The position numbers and the translations under genes were made by a program. From contig CDPCPM010000247.1 in assembly GCA_976551045.1 (NCBI GenBank), forward strand, positions 3,286,001 through 3,350,000: a DNA stretch of 64,000 bases. Direction: 5' to 3'. Every line of letters starts with the position of its first letter. Within the stretch, counting starts at the first letter, position 1. Below the pieces are notes generated by a model that searched no databases, was not told the DNA's origin, and was given only the letters and a program-made list of their open reading frames with translations. Below are positions 12,201-25,528 of the stretch, one piece after another. Origin of the DNA: Glaucostegus cemiculus. Its lineage: Eukaryota.

Positions 12201-15200
12201 AGCAGGCTACGGATAGGCAGGTGATCACCAGGAGAAGTAAGGAGAGCAGGCAGTCAGCGCAGTGTTCCCCTGTGGCCATTCCCCTCACTAACAGGTATAC
12301 CCCTTTGGATACTGTTGGGGTGTGGGTGGGGAAATGACCATTCAGAGGCCAGCAGCTGCAGCCGGGTCAGTGGAACCATGCCCAGCTCTGAGGCAAACAA
12401 GGGCAGCGTGAAGTCAGGCAGAGCGATAGTAAGGAGTACAGATAGGCGTTTCTGTGGCCGCAATCAAAACTCCAGAATGGTGTGTTGCCTCCCTGGTGCC
12501 AGGGTCAAGGATGTTTCACAGCAGGTACAGGACATTCTAAGAGGGGAGGGTGAGCAGCCAGAGGTTGTGGTCCATTTAGGTACCAATGACATGGGCAGGA
12601 GGAGGAATGAGGTCCTTCAAAGTGATTTCAGAGAACTAGGTAGAAAGTTAAAAAGCAGGACTGCCAGCATTGTAATCTTGTGCCACGTGCGAGTGAGGTG
12701 AGAATAGATACATAGTGCAGTTCATATGTGGCTAAGGAGCTGGTGCAGGAAGGAGGGCTTCAGATTAATGGATCATTAAGTTCTATTCCAAGGCAGGTGG
12801 AACTTGTACAAACAAGACAGTTTGCATCTGAACTGGAGGGGAAGTAATATCCTTACTGGAAGGTTTGCTAGTGTGACTCGGCAGGGTTTATACTAGTTGG
12901 CAGGGGGATGGAAACCACAGCAGCAGGGCAACAAGTGGTAGGGTTGAGAACACTAAAGATGATATGACAAATAAGATTGGAAGGAATGATGGCAAGAGAC
13001 AGGCTAATAAACATGGTGGGACTGATGGGCTGAAACATTTATTTCAATGTAAGAGTATTATGGGTAAGGACGATTAACTTAGAGCCTGGATCAGTACATG
13101 GAATTACGATGTTGTTGCCATTACAGAGACCTGGATACGTGAGGATCGGGACTGGCAGCTCAATGTTGTTTCGTTGTTTTAGACGTGAGAGGGGGGTAAA
13201 AGAGGTGGAGGGGTTGCATCATTGTTAGGGGAGAATGTCGCAGCAGTATTCAGAGAGGACACACTGAAGGTCTCATCCACAGAGGCAATTTGGGTGGAGC
13301 TCAGAAATAGGATAGGGGCAATTACACTGATGGGATTATACAATAGCCCCCCCCCCCCCCCAATAGCCACTAAAAGGGGAGGAACAGATTTGTAGACAGA
13401 TTATGGAAATGTGCAGGAACAACAGGGTTGTCATAGTGGGGGAATTTAACTTCCTTAATACAAGAAGCTTAGATGGGGCAGGGATTTCTTTAGTGCATCC
13501 AAGAGGGGTTCTTGAAACAGTCTGTGGAGAGTTCACCTATAGAGGAGAGAACAAACTTGACCTGGGTTTGGGAAATGAGACAGGCCAGGTGACAGACCTG
13601 ATAGTGGGTGAATATTTTGGGAACAGTGATCACAACTCATTATGTTTTAAGATAGTTGTGAATAAAGATAAAATTGGATTTTGTTGGAAGGTTCTAAATT
13701 GGGGGAGGACGAATTATGACAGGATAAGACAGGAGTGAAGGGGTGTTGAGTGGGAGCAGCTGCTGTCGAACAATTCCACGTCTGACATCTTCGAAGTGTA
13801 TAAAGACCAGCTGATCAAACTTCAGGATCAGCACGTTCCAGTAAGGAGTAAGAACAAGGATGGTAAGGTCAGGGAACCTTGGGTGACCCGAGAGGTCTTA
13901 AATTTAGTCAGGAAGATAAAAGAAGCTTACGTAAAGTTTCAGAAGCTAAAATCAGTCTGGGCCCTTGTGGAATATAAAGATAACAGGAAAGTGCACAAGC
14001 AGGCGATTAGAAGGGCCAAATGGGGCCATGAAATGTCCTTGGTGAGCAGGATCAAGGAAAATCCCAAGACATTTTATACCTGTATTAAGAAAAAGAGGAT
14101 AACCAAGGAGAGGGTAGGTCCACTGAAGGATAAAGGAGGGAAGTTGTGCTTGGAGTCAGAGCAAGTGGCTGAGGAGATGAGAAGAAATTAGAGGATAGTG
14201 AAAATAGAGTGAGGCACGCCAATGTGCTGGGACATTTTGAGATTAAGGAGAAGGTAAAGCTGGATCTTAAAAGCATTAAGCTGCATAAGGCCCCAGGGCC
14301 TGATGGCATATATCCCAGAGTATTGAAAGAAGCAAGTGAGGAGATTGCTTGTGCTTTGACAAGGATCTTTATGTCCTCACAGACAACAGCAACAGGCAAG
14401 GTCCTGGAGGACTGGAGAGTAGCAAATGTTGTGCCTTTTTTCAAGAAGGGAAATGGGGATAATCCAGGTGATTATAAATTAGTGAACCTCACGTCAGTGG
14501 TAAGGAAGCTATTGGAGAAGTTCCCAAGGGATAGGATTTATGCACATTTGGAAAAGCATGGCCCGCTTAGGGACAGTCAGCATGGCTTTGTCTGAGGCAT
14601 GCATGTCTTACAAATTTGACTGAGTTTTTGAGGAGGTGTCAAAGGTGCTGGATGATGGTAAGGCAGTGGATGTTATCTATGTGAACTTTAGGAGGGCATT
14701 TGATAAGGCCCCTCATGGTAGGTTGATTCAGAAGATAAAGATGCATAGGGTTAATTGCAAGTTTGGAGGGTAGCGGGGTAGAAGGCTATTTTTCTGGTTA
14801 TAGGTCCAGGACCAATGGTGCTTGGCGAGGATCAGTGCTGTGACCTCTGTCTGTAATATGTATCGATGATTTGGATGAAAATGTAGATGGGTGGATTAGC
14901 AAGTTTGCAGATGACACCAAGATTGGTGGAGTTGCAGACAGTATAAAGGACTATCAAAGAAAACAGCAGGATATAGATCAGTTACAGATATGGACAGAGA
15001 AGTGTTAAATGTGGTTTAATCTGGGCAAGTGTGAGGTGTTGCACTTTGGGAGATCAAATGAAAGGAGAAACTGCAGTTAATGGTAGACCCCTTAGTAGCA
15101 CTGAGTTACAGAGAGATCTTGGGGTCCAGGTCCATAGTTCACTGAAGGTGGCTACACAAGTAGCTAAGGTGGTAAAGAAGAAGTATAGAATGTTTGCCTT

Positions 15201-15812
15201 CATTGGTAGAGGTGTTGAGCATAACAGTAAGGAAGTCAAGCTGCAGCTGTATAAAACTTTAGTCAGACCGCTCTTGGAGTACAGTGTGCAGTTCTGGCCG
15301 CCCCATTATGGGAAGGATTTGGATACTATGGAAAATTTGCAGAAGAGGTTTAAGCAAGATGCTGCCTAGATTAGAGGGTATGAGCTATTAGGACAGCTTG
15401 GACAAACTTGGGTGGTTTTCCCTAGAGCATCAGAGGCTGAGGGGAGACCTGATGGAGGTTTTTTAAATTATGAGAGGCATAGATAGAATAAACGGTCAGA
15501 ATCTGTTCCCCAGGGTAGAAATGTCGAACACCAGAGGACATGCTTTTAAGGTTAGAGGGGGGAAGTTTAAAGACAACGTGAGGGGCAAGTGTTTTGATGC
15601 AGAGAGTGGTAGGTACCTGGAATGGGTTACCACAGGTAGTAGTGGAACCGGGCAGTTTGGTGGAGTTTAGTAGAGGCTTTCACAGACACATGAATAAGAA
15701 AGGAATGGAGGGGTATGAGTGATAAACAGGAGGAAGACATTTGGTATAAATCAGCATCAATATCAGCACGACATTGTGGGCCGAATGGCCTGTCCTGTGC
15801 TGTACTGTTCTA
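12200..15812 (+). mobile_element. Near full-length degenerate CR1 LINE (ORF1 esterase, ORF2 APE-RT, 3' tail)
   Basis: ORF1 SRMVCCLPGARVKDV...VVVHLGTNDMG. ORF2 KAPGPDGIYPRVLKE, EDWRVANVVPFFKKG and KTLVRPLLEYSVQFW. 3' end gggccgaatggcctgtcctgtgctgtactgttcta. Confidence 0.95.
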
Positions 15813-16499
15813 TAATGAAGGCAAGTTAATGCCAACATCCAAATAGGAAGATTATTTCTTTCTTGCATTTGAATTCTGTGATGTATGCACTCCCATGTGT
15901 TCCTGGTCTTGAAATACAGTAACATGGAGCGCATGCAGAGTAATACACAGGAGACAGTGGGTGTCTGGTTTACTTGAGTTTCTTCTCAGACTGTGCATAT
16001 TTCATACAATGATATAAATGTAATGAATACATCATACAATGATATCTGTATCTTTTAAAAGAGAAGCCATGATACCAGCTTAATAACATTCACTGATTTA
16101 CAAGTTTAACTAGTTGACTGGGCCTCGAATTTTCTTCAGTCTTTATAACTGTATTAGAGTTGCATGTGTTAATCTTGGAGACTCAATAGACGTTGCTTCA
16201 TGAGTTCATTGAAGGTATTGCCTCCGGACTTTCTTAAGTCATGTTCTGTGTCAATCCTTCTTAAGAAATGTAGGTCTTATATCAGTGGAATATTCCAATG
16301 CACAGCCTTTCTCGCTAATCTCTTGGTTATTTTCCCACTGAGGTCAAGTAGTGTATGTGAAACTTACTGCATTACTCAGCAACTGTGATGAGATGATTCT
16401 TAGAACTATATATCTGCATGATCTCACCAATAGAGGATTTCCTCATCTCTGACCTTCTTGGTGGTCTGAGCAACAAGCTTTATCATTCATATCAATCTC

Positions 16500-17340
16500 T
16501 TCTGTTTGGAAGATGTTTCAGCTTCCTCTCATTCCAGATTCAGCTGAACCAAACCCAAAAACATCTCAAGTCCCTGTGCTTCACCAGCTCTGAATTTTTC
16601 CTCCCCTTTCTTAACTTCTCCAATTCAGGGGATCAATTAGTAACCACTATCTATTGCAAAGCAACACACTCCCACAGCTGCCTTACCATAACCTTCTCTA
16701 TCCTGCTTCCTGTAAGGACTTCATTCCACTTTTCCAAATCCCTCACATTTGTGCTGATGATGACACTTCCCGAAGCAATGCTTCTGAAGTGTCTTTTTTC
16801 CTTAATCATATCTTTCTCTCCACTGTAGTTGATAAGGCTCTCAATTGCGCCATCTGAGGGGTGGGGGCAGAGATGATAAAAATGTGTAGAGAATAATTTT
16901 TAAAAAACAGGAATAATGTAGGATTAATGTAAAATCGATGCTTGATGGCTTCATAGACCAAAAGGCCTGGTTCTGCACTAAATAACTCTGAATTCTGCTC
17001 TCACCTGCTCTCTTCCCAACCAGAGAAAGGACAGTTTTGCCCTTTTGCCACCTTCAGTGTGATGCCACCACCTGGCTCCTCTTCCCCTCCCCCAAGTCTC
17101 CAGTATTCTGAACGGATGGTTTCCTTTGCAAATCCTTGATTCACTCCTCCATCTCCACCACTTCCTTCTCATTGGCATGAAATTGGAAAAGATGCGATAC
17201 CTGCCTTTTACCTCACAACTTCCCACCTCCAGCAACTCAAACACCCTTCTCGGTGAAGCAGCCCTCGCTAGCCTGTGTCAGCCAGCAACAACCCTATTTG
17301 CATCAGATTCTCTTAGCCTCCACCCTATCACCGACATTCT
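16500..17340 (+). mobile_element. Penelope-like fragment interrupted by a SINE/CR1 3' tail (~16858-16985)
   Basis: PASCKDFIPLFQ...ICADDDTSRSNASEVSFFLN...STVVDKAL matches PLE RT C-terminal motifs. Confidence 0.7.
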
Positions 17341-19129
17341 CTGAGTCTCCAATCCACACTCTTCTGCAATTTAAAACATGTTTGTTTTCTAAATTTGCCT
17401 TTTCTGATAACTTGCTGAGTATTTCTAGTACTGTTATGCACCACCTGTTGGGGAAGAAAAGTTATGTTAATACTTCAGGTCTGTATTCATGTGTCAAAAC
17501 TGGAAAATGATTCCAATTTAACAGATTTTAAGAAAACAAATAGGTGGGGAAAGGGACAGAGGAGGAATGAACAAGAGGGAAACTTGATGGGATGAAATGA
17601 TAAAAGGATAATATCCTTCCAGACATGCAATGCCCAGAACTAAATGCCATATTCCAGATGGGTCTGATCAGATCTATATCCAGTCATAACACAGTCTCCA
17701 TTCCTTTATATTTTCAGTCCACTGTTAGCCTTCCTAATTCATTATTATATCTGTCCACTGGTCTGGGTAATTGAAACCTTGAAACTTTCTGCTACTAGAT
17801 CTTTTTTATAGCTTCTTGCCACAGAGGTGACTCCTGCATTACAGCAATTTGAGTAACTGAAATTCGCCCTTCTGGAATTCACACATCACTACCAAAAAAA
17901 AATTCTGAGATATAGAATAAAAGTTTGCTCTTATGAAACTCATTAAGTAACTACATTACAATTGGTTGCCCCATTCTCATAATATTAAAAACCTTTAACA
18001 TTGTTCATGATATACTATACAATTTTTTAAATATTTAAGTATGTAGCTCTTACAAATTTTAATACTCTTACCTTCAGTACAATTCGTATTGTTCTTCATC
18101 TTTGTATCTGTATTTGATTTGGGCATTGGAAAATCGAAATCTACATCCCTGATTCATAGCAATAACCCCCAGAGATTCACAATTCTTTGCTATAATTGTG
18201 TTGAATCTTGCACATATTCATTTGTATTTTCAGTGGTATTCTTGGTCATTACAGAAAACTTCAAAAATTGAAATGCGCTCTATACCCAAATCAACAGCAC
18301 ATTTTTCTGTATATACCTGAATATTTAGTATAAGCTTTAAATAAGCTACAAAACAACCTTGTTTTTGTTGTAACATAATAAGTAGCAATGAGTTTTACAC
18401 ATTAAATAGGGGATAGTTTTGGGCATTAAATCTTAGCAGGAGTAGTTTATTGTATAACAAGTGCTTTACACAGTTCTTTCTGGTGTCTTACTGGGTTAGT
18501 CAGTGTTCCAAAACCCTGACCACTTCTCGGGTCAAAAGGACCCTCTCCTCTTCAGAGGCATGATTGGCAAAGAAAGCTGGCTCTAGCAGAGTTACTCCTG
18601 ATACAAATCATTTAGAATATAGTGTTATAACTAACACCCCATTTCACCAGAGAAACCAGACCTCATAGCTAAACTCCTAACAGTCTCTTGTTCTCAGCAG
18701 AACAAGAGACCATAGGACGTCCATATCCAATGTTTGCATATTATCGTTGCTTTTTCTTTCAAGTCTCCAGAATCCTCAGTGTGTTGGAGCTATTCTTCTC
18801 TCTGTAGGACTCCACAAACAAATATCATACTTCCGATTGGGCCCCAAGCTAATTCCCTGAAAGATATAAATTCAGAAAAATGAAGAAAACTTACTTTATT
18901 AAAAAAAAAGGTTCAGGAATATTAATTTATTTCTTTCAAAATATCCTTCAACCCTGCTCAGACTGAAATTAGTTGACATGAATCTTGGGGGTATAATTAA
19001 AGACAAATTATTATAGAAGTTGCACACTTCTCATTAAGAGGAAGACTCAGTGTGGCCTATCATCTTTAATTAACTAATGGAAAAAAATTTAAATACAGCA
19101 AGACAATACAAAATATTTATCTGGATGAC

Positions 19130-19640
19130 TAGTGAGCTGTACTTGGAGTAATGTGTGCAGTTGTAGTCACCCTGTTATAGGAAAGACATGGTTAAACTGG
19201 AAAGAGTGCAGAAAAGATTTGAGGACTTTGCCAGGACTAGTGGGCCTGAGTTAAAGGGAGAGGCTGGCCAGGCAAGGTCTTTCCTCTGTGGAACATACAA
19301 GGGGCAACCTTATAGAAATGTTTAAAATTATGAGAGACATAGATAAGGTGGATGGTAACAGTCTTTTCTCCAGGGTAGGGGGGTATAGATTTAGGGTGAG
19401 AGGAGAAAGATTTAAAAGCAACTTTCTCGCACAGAGGGTGGTGAGTATATGGAATGAGCTGCTAGAGGAAGTGGGTGAGGCAGGTACAATGGTATCACTT
19501 AAGCAGCACTTGGATAGGTACAGGCAGAGGCAAGGCTTAGAGGGATATGGGTGGAACGCAGGAAATTGGGACTACCACCTGGACAGCAAGGACTCTTTGG
19601 GCCTGTATCAATGCTGCATTGCTCTGACTCTATGGCTCGT
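19130..19640 (+). mobile_element. 5'-truncated CR1 3' fragment
   Basis: RGNLIEMFKIMRDIDKV...NFLAQRVVSIWNEL. Confidence 0.85.
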
Positions 19641-21049
19641 AGACTGAACTAGCTTGACTCAAAGGTACAACACTGAATGAAAATTAAAGTGTTGACAGTC
19701 TTGTTCTTGCAGTTGTTGAGCTAAAATCTATAATTACTTTTAACCATTTATGTTTTTTTGGCACAAGATAGATGCTAATTCATATCTGTAAAGATTTCAC
19801 ACCCAGGATTTGCCAATAGTTGATGATTCTGGAACCTTATGCTGGAGCTGTCATTATTTAAGATTTATAAAATGTTGTCATGCTCGTAATTAAAAAGGTA
19901 CTGTTTGCACTTTATGGCTCTGTCATACCAAATCACTGGGATATGCTATAAAGTATCAGTAGTCAAGCTGAGAAGTAGGAATGGGCTGAAACGGTGACTG
20001 ATTTGCCCACTTTGGGCTGTAAAAATAACGTCATCCTCCATCAAATTAATAGCATGTTCCTGGGGAGAGGGAAAGAAGATCACATTACTCAGGAAGACTG
20101 CAGTCTGCAGGCTGGCAACAGAGAGTCATTTGTCTTTTGACCCTGCAGGAGGTTCACTATTGGACATGTACACCCCTTCTGAACAGTGCTGAATTTTAGG
20201 TTTTGCAGAATTATCTTTAGATTTAATTAATCTTCTCTCACACTTTTTAATCTTTTCCTACCCACTGTTCACAGTGAGGCAAACCTATTACTGAATGACT
20301 GTGCTGTCCCCATGTGTTAGGACAGTGAATTTGTTGCGGTCCTTAAGCACAGACTGTTCTCTGGGCTGTTACTGTTGCTTGTTAATTAATGGTAATCATG
20401 GTTAAAATCCATATTATGTGGTTCTCATTTACTAAAAACACAAAACATCAATATATTAGCCTTCAGTTAAACTTCCAGCTGATTTGTACACAAGAGTCTT
20501 TATCAGTGAAAGAATTGCTCAGTTCTTTTAACAATTACATGTGTATCATGTTTCTTTTCAAACCTCTGGCTACTTAGGCTCTAATAAGGCTGTATGAAAG
20601 TTCAGGGGAGGAGATAAGATCCAGTTCAACCAACCAGAGGAAAGTGATTGAAGCTGCATAAGACAAAGACACTGTGTAAGCTCATAGAGGCCCTGTTGTT
20701 AAATGCTTTGTGAAGACCCCTGGGACTGAATGTGCTAACAGCAGTCCTTACGTAATGCATTTGCTGCCGCTGAGATAAACAAGCCTGTGGAATATCTTGG
20801 GCAAATAAGTATATTTAAAAACTGTGCATCACATGAGTTCTGACACACTGTTGCACCAGCTGCTACTGTTAGCCAAGTTAAAACTGAAAATACTGGAAAT
20901 CCTCATCAGGTCAGGCAGCATCTGTGGAAAGAGAAAGTGTTAGAGGTGCAGGAAACTTAATCAAAATTGGGAAGCAGAGAAAACAAGTTAGAAAGAGTGC
21001 ATGTCGGTCTGTTTTCATAAGGATGTGCATTAGAAACACCTTGCAAGAT

Positions 21050-21295
21050 GAGAAGGAATAATAGGCCACCAGGCACCTCAAGGCTGACCTGCCATTCAAT
21101 GTGAACTTGGCTGATCAATGCTGGTCTCAGTTCCTGTTCTGTACCAGTTCCCCGTAGCCTTCAATTCCTCCATCTTGTCAATAGGATATTTATAGATCTC
21201 CACCTTAAATATTTCAAATGATTTAGCCTCCACCACCCTTTGGGGCAGAGAATTCCAGAAACTTGCTACCCTCTGAGAGAAGAAAACATTTTTCA
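21050..21295 (-). mobile_element. CR1 3' end
   Basis: NVFFSQRVASFWNSLPQRVVEAKS. Confidence 0.85.
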
Positions 21296-22075
21296 TTTAG
21301 GCAAAGCAAAATATTGTTGGGCAGCTATGCTAAGGAGAATCTCCGTTTTGGGGGTTGGGAAGAGATGGTAGGCCCAGCAACAATTTGTGGCTATGAACCA
21401 GAGCTGTGTACACCGATTGTGGCGTTTGATTGGAATGAGTCACTTGGACTGAGAAATAGTGCGTTTCAGAGAAGTGCAGAACCGGACAGCAAGGAGATCT
21501 AGCAATGACTCAACCTGTGGATTATACTGGCCCAGCCCACACAGATCATTGGTCAGGCAGACTTGTAATAAACCTTGTGCCGGTTGCCCTGGAAGCTCAA
21601 AGACAATATGTAAGTTTTATTGCCATAAAACAACCAAATGTAAAGATGACATACACATACAGAACTGGCAGTCTGCTATCCGTCATATTGTTATATGCCC
21701 AGAGCCTGAACTGGATTAGACTCTTTGGAGTATATAAATAGAGATCTGATATCTGCTTCAGATCTCTTTTACCCAATTCACTTGCCTTGAATGCAGCCAC
21801 TACAGCATTGGCACATTCAGAACATCCAGGCATACTTGCAGGGAGCTGTTACTACTACAATAGTAATTAGTTCTTACCTAAATATGGAGTTAATCACAGG
21901 AGTGCTGTTACTGGGATTGCTTCATTTTGCGATTGTTGTTGTATTCTGGTGGTATGCTGATCTCCACATGCACCTGCAGAACATCTCAGAAGGTTTGACA
22001 CTGCAGTGCTCCAAAATCCTTCAACTGGTCTTAGGAGGACTGTAAACAAATCATCACATAAGAAGTATGACCTGA
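21296..22075 (+). pseudogene. Decayed coding-like segment, possibly an env/fusion-glycoprotein remnant of an LTR element
   Basis: Overlapping frameshifted ORFs, including INLVPVALEAQRQYVSFIAIKQPNVKMTYTYRTGSLLSV and a hydrophobic block ELITGVLLLGLLHFAIVVVFWWY. Resemblance to fish LTR-element env proteins is from memory only. Confidence 0.35.
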
Positions 22076-22214
22076 GACAGGACCTGGCTAAAGTAAAATG
22101 GGAGCAGCTGCTAGAGGGGAAAGTAACTTTCAGTAATTGGGAGGCTTTTAAAAGCAAGATATTAAGAGTCAAAGTCAATATGTCCCTGTAAGTGTAAGAA
22201 GCAAAGATGGGTAA
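21789..22214 (+). repeat. 426-bp direct duplication, copy 1
   Basis: Near-identical to 25529-25955 (gaatgcagccactaca...gcaaagatgggtaa). Confidence 0.97.
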
Positions 22215-25200
22215 GTTGTAGGGACCAATGACGTGGATAGGAAGAAGGAGGAGGTCCTGCAAAGAGAGTTAAGGGAATTAGGTGCAAAGTTGAAGGACAG
22301 GACCTACAAGGTTGCAATCTCAAGATTGCTACCAGTACCACGTGCTAGTGAGGCTAGAAATAGGAGGATCATGCAGCTAACTATGTGGCTAAGGAGTTGG
22401 TGCAGGAAGGAGGGCTTCAGGTTTCCTGGATAATTGGGCTTTGTTCCAGGGAAGGTGGGATCTGTCCCAAAGGGACAGTTTGCACCTGAACTGGAGGGGG
22501 ACTAACGTACTTGTGGGTAGGTTTGCTAGTGCTACTCTGGTGGGTTTAAACTAGATTTGCAGGGGGAGGGGACCGGAGTGTTAGAGCAAATAGTGATGAG
22601 GAAAATGGTCATATGAGGTCTGCAGGTATGGACAGAAATCAAAGGTTTGTACATGATGGTAATGTTCTCAGGTTCTATTTCAATGCAAGGAGTATTGTAG
22701 GTAGGGCGGATGAGCTTAGGGCATGGATTGGCACGTGGGATTACGGTGTTATTGCTATTAGTGAGACATGGTTGCAGGAGGGGCAGGACTGGCAGCTTAA
22801 TGTTCCAGGCTTCTGTTGTTTCAGACATGGGGAGGGATGAAGGGGGAGGGATGAAGGGGGAGGAGTGGCATTACTGGTCAGGGAACAGATCACAGCTGTG
22901 CGGAGACAGGTCAGCCCGGAGGGCTCGTCTACTGAGGCCATATGGGTGGAGCTGAGGAACAGGAAAGGTGTGGCCACACTAATAGGGTTGTATTATAGAC
23001 CGCCCAATAGTTAGAGAATTGGAGGAACAAATCTGTAGGGAGATAGCAGACCAATGTAAGAATCAAAGTTGTAATAGTAGGGGATTTTAACTTTCCACAT
23101 ATTGACTGGGACTCCCACACTGCGAAAGGGCTGGATGGCTTGGAATTTGTCAAATGTGTTCAGGAAAGTTTTCTAAATCAATATATAGAGGTACCAACAA
23201 GAGAGAATGCAATACTTGTCTCCTATTAGGGAACCAGGCAGGTCAGGTGACAGAAATATGTGTAGGTGAGCATTTTGGGTTCAGTGATCATAATGCAATT
23301 AGTTTCAAGATAATCATGGATAAGGATAAGTCTAGTCCTCAAGTGGAGGTTCTAAATTGGAGAAAGGCCAATTTTGTGGAAATGAGAAAGGATCTAGGTA
23401 GGGTGGATTGGGATGTTATTTTCTGGTAAGGATGTGCTTAGTAAATGGAAAGCCTTCAAATACAAAATTTTGAGAGTGCAGAGTTTGTATGTTCCTGTCA
23501 GGATTAAAGGCAAAGGTAACAAGCACGGGGAACCTTGGTTTTCAAGGGATATTGGTGAGCTGGTTAAGCAAAAGAGAGGTGTATAGCAGGTATAGGCAAC
23601 TAGGAACGGATGAGGGACTTGAAGAGCATAGGGAATGTAAGAAAATACTAAAAAAGGAAATCAGCAAGGCAAAAAGACATGAGGTTGCTTTGTCAGATAA
23701 TGTGAAGGTAAACCCAAAGGGTTTCTACAGGTATATTAAGAGCAAGAGGATAGTAAGGGACAGAATTGGTCCCCTAGAAGATCAGAGTGGTCGTATATGT
23801 GTGGAGCCTCAGGAGATGGGGGGAGGTCTTAAACAGTTTTTTTGCATCAGTATTTACTCAGGAAACTGACATTGTGGATATGGAAGGAAGGGAAACAAGC
23901 ACTAGTGTCATGGAACATATCGAGATTAAAAAGGAGGTACTTGATGCTTTACAGCGAATAAAGGTAGATAAATCCCCAGGACCTGACAAGATATTTCCTC
24001 GGACCTTGAGAGAGACTAGTGTAGAAACTGCAGGGGCCCTGGCAGATGAATTTAAAATGTCCTTAGCCACGGGTGTGGTGCCGGAGGACTGGAGGGTAGC
24101 TCAAGTTGTTCCATTGTTTAAGAAAGGCTCGAAGAATAAACCAGGTAATTACAGGCCGGTGAGCCTGACATCAGTTGTAGGTAAATTACTGGAATATGTT
24201 CTGAAAGGTAGGACATATAAGTATTTGGACAGCCAAGGGCTGATTAAGGATAGTCAGCATGGCTTTGGGTGAGGTAGATCGTATTTAACGAATCTTGTGG
24301 AGTTTTTTGAGGAGGTCACTAAGAAAGTAGATGAAGGAAAGGCTGTGGATGTTGTCTACATGAACTTTAGTAAGGCCTTTGACAAGGTCCCACATGGGAG
24401 ATTAGCTCAGAAGGTTCAGTCAATGGGTATCCATGGAAAGGTTGTAAACTGGATTCAAAATTGGCTGAGTGGGAGAAGACAGAGAGTGGTTGTGGATGGT
24501 TGTTTCTCAGATTGGAGGCCTGTGACTAGTGGTGTGCCTCAGGGATCTGTGCTGGGCCATTGTTGTATGTTGTATATATCAATGATCTAGATGATCATGT
24601 GATAAATTGGATTAGTAAATTTGTGGATGACACTAAGATTGGAGGTGTAGTGGACAGCGAGGAAGGCTTTCAAAGCTTGCAGTGGGATCTGAACCAAATG
24701 GGAAAAATGGTCCAGAAAATGGCAGATGGAATTTAATGCAGACAAATGTGAGGTGTTGCATTTTGGAAGGACAAATCAAGGGAGGACATACACAGTAAAT
24801 GGTAGGGCACTGAGGAGTGCGGAGGAACAAAGGGATCTGGGAGTTCAGATACATAATTCCCTGAAGGTAGAATCACAGGTAGACAGGGTTGTAAAAAAAA
24901 GGCTTTTGGCATCCTGGCATTTCTAAATCAAAGTATTGAGTTTAGGAGTTGGAATGTTTTGGTGAGGTTGTATAAGTCATTGGTGAGACCAAATTTGGAA
25001 TATTGTGTGCAGTTCTGGTCGCCGAACTACAGGAAGGATGTCAGTAAGATTGAAAGAGTGCAGAGGAGATTTACCAGAATGTTGCCGGTCTTCAGGAGTT
25101 GAGTTACAGGGAGAGATTGAGCAGGTTACGACTTTATTCCTTGGAGCGCAGAAGAATGAGGGGAGATATGATACAGGTTTACAAAATGATGAGGGGCGTA

Positions 25201-25528
25201 GAGTTAATACAAGTAGGCTCTTTCCACCTAGATTTGGAGAGATAAATACAAGAGGACATGGCTTTAGGGTGAAAGGGGAAAGGTTTAAGGGGAACATTAG
25301 GGGGAACTTCTTCACTCAAAGAGTGGTGGGAGTGTGGAATGGCCTGCCATCTGATGTAGTAAATGAGGGCTCACTCTTAAGAGTAATTTGGATAGATACA
25401 TGGATGAGAGAGGTCTGGAGGGTTATGGGCTGGGTGTAGGTAAATGGGACTAGCACAATAATGTTTTGGCACAGACCAGAAGGGCCGAATGGCCTGTTTT
25501 CTTTGCTGTAGTTTTCTGTGGTTCTATG
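22215..25528 (+). mobile_element. CR1 LINE, 5'-truncated within ORF1, complete 3' end
   Basis: Starts at VGTNDVDRKKEEVL. Contains FYFNARSIVGRADEL, KSPGPDKIFPR, FSKAFDKVPH and SGVPQGSVLG. Ends gggccgaatggcctg...ttctgtggttctatg. Confidence 0.95.

Noticed and set aside
20130-20200. Strong plus-strand acceptor, considered as the last exon of CACNA2D4 (the human neighbour of ADIPOR2)
   Set aside because: The translation EVHYWTCTPLLNSAEF* has no resemblance, and no CACNA2D4 exons were recognised in 1-28 kb.
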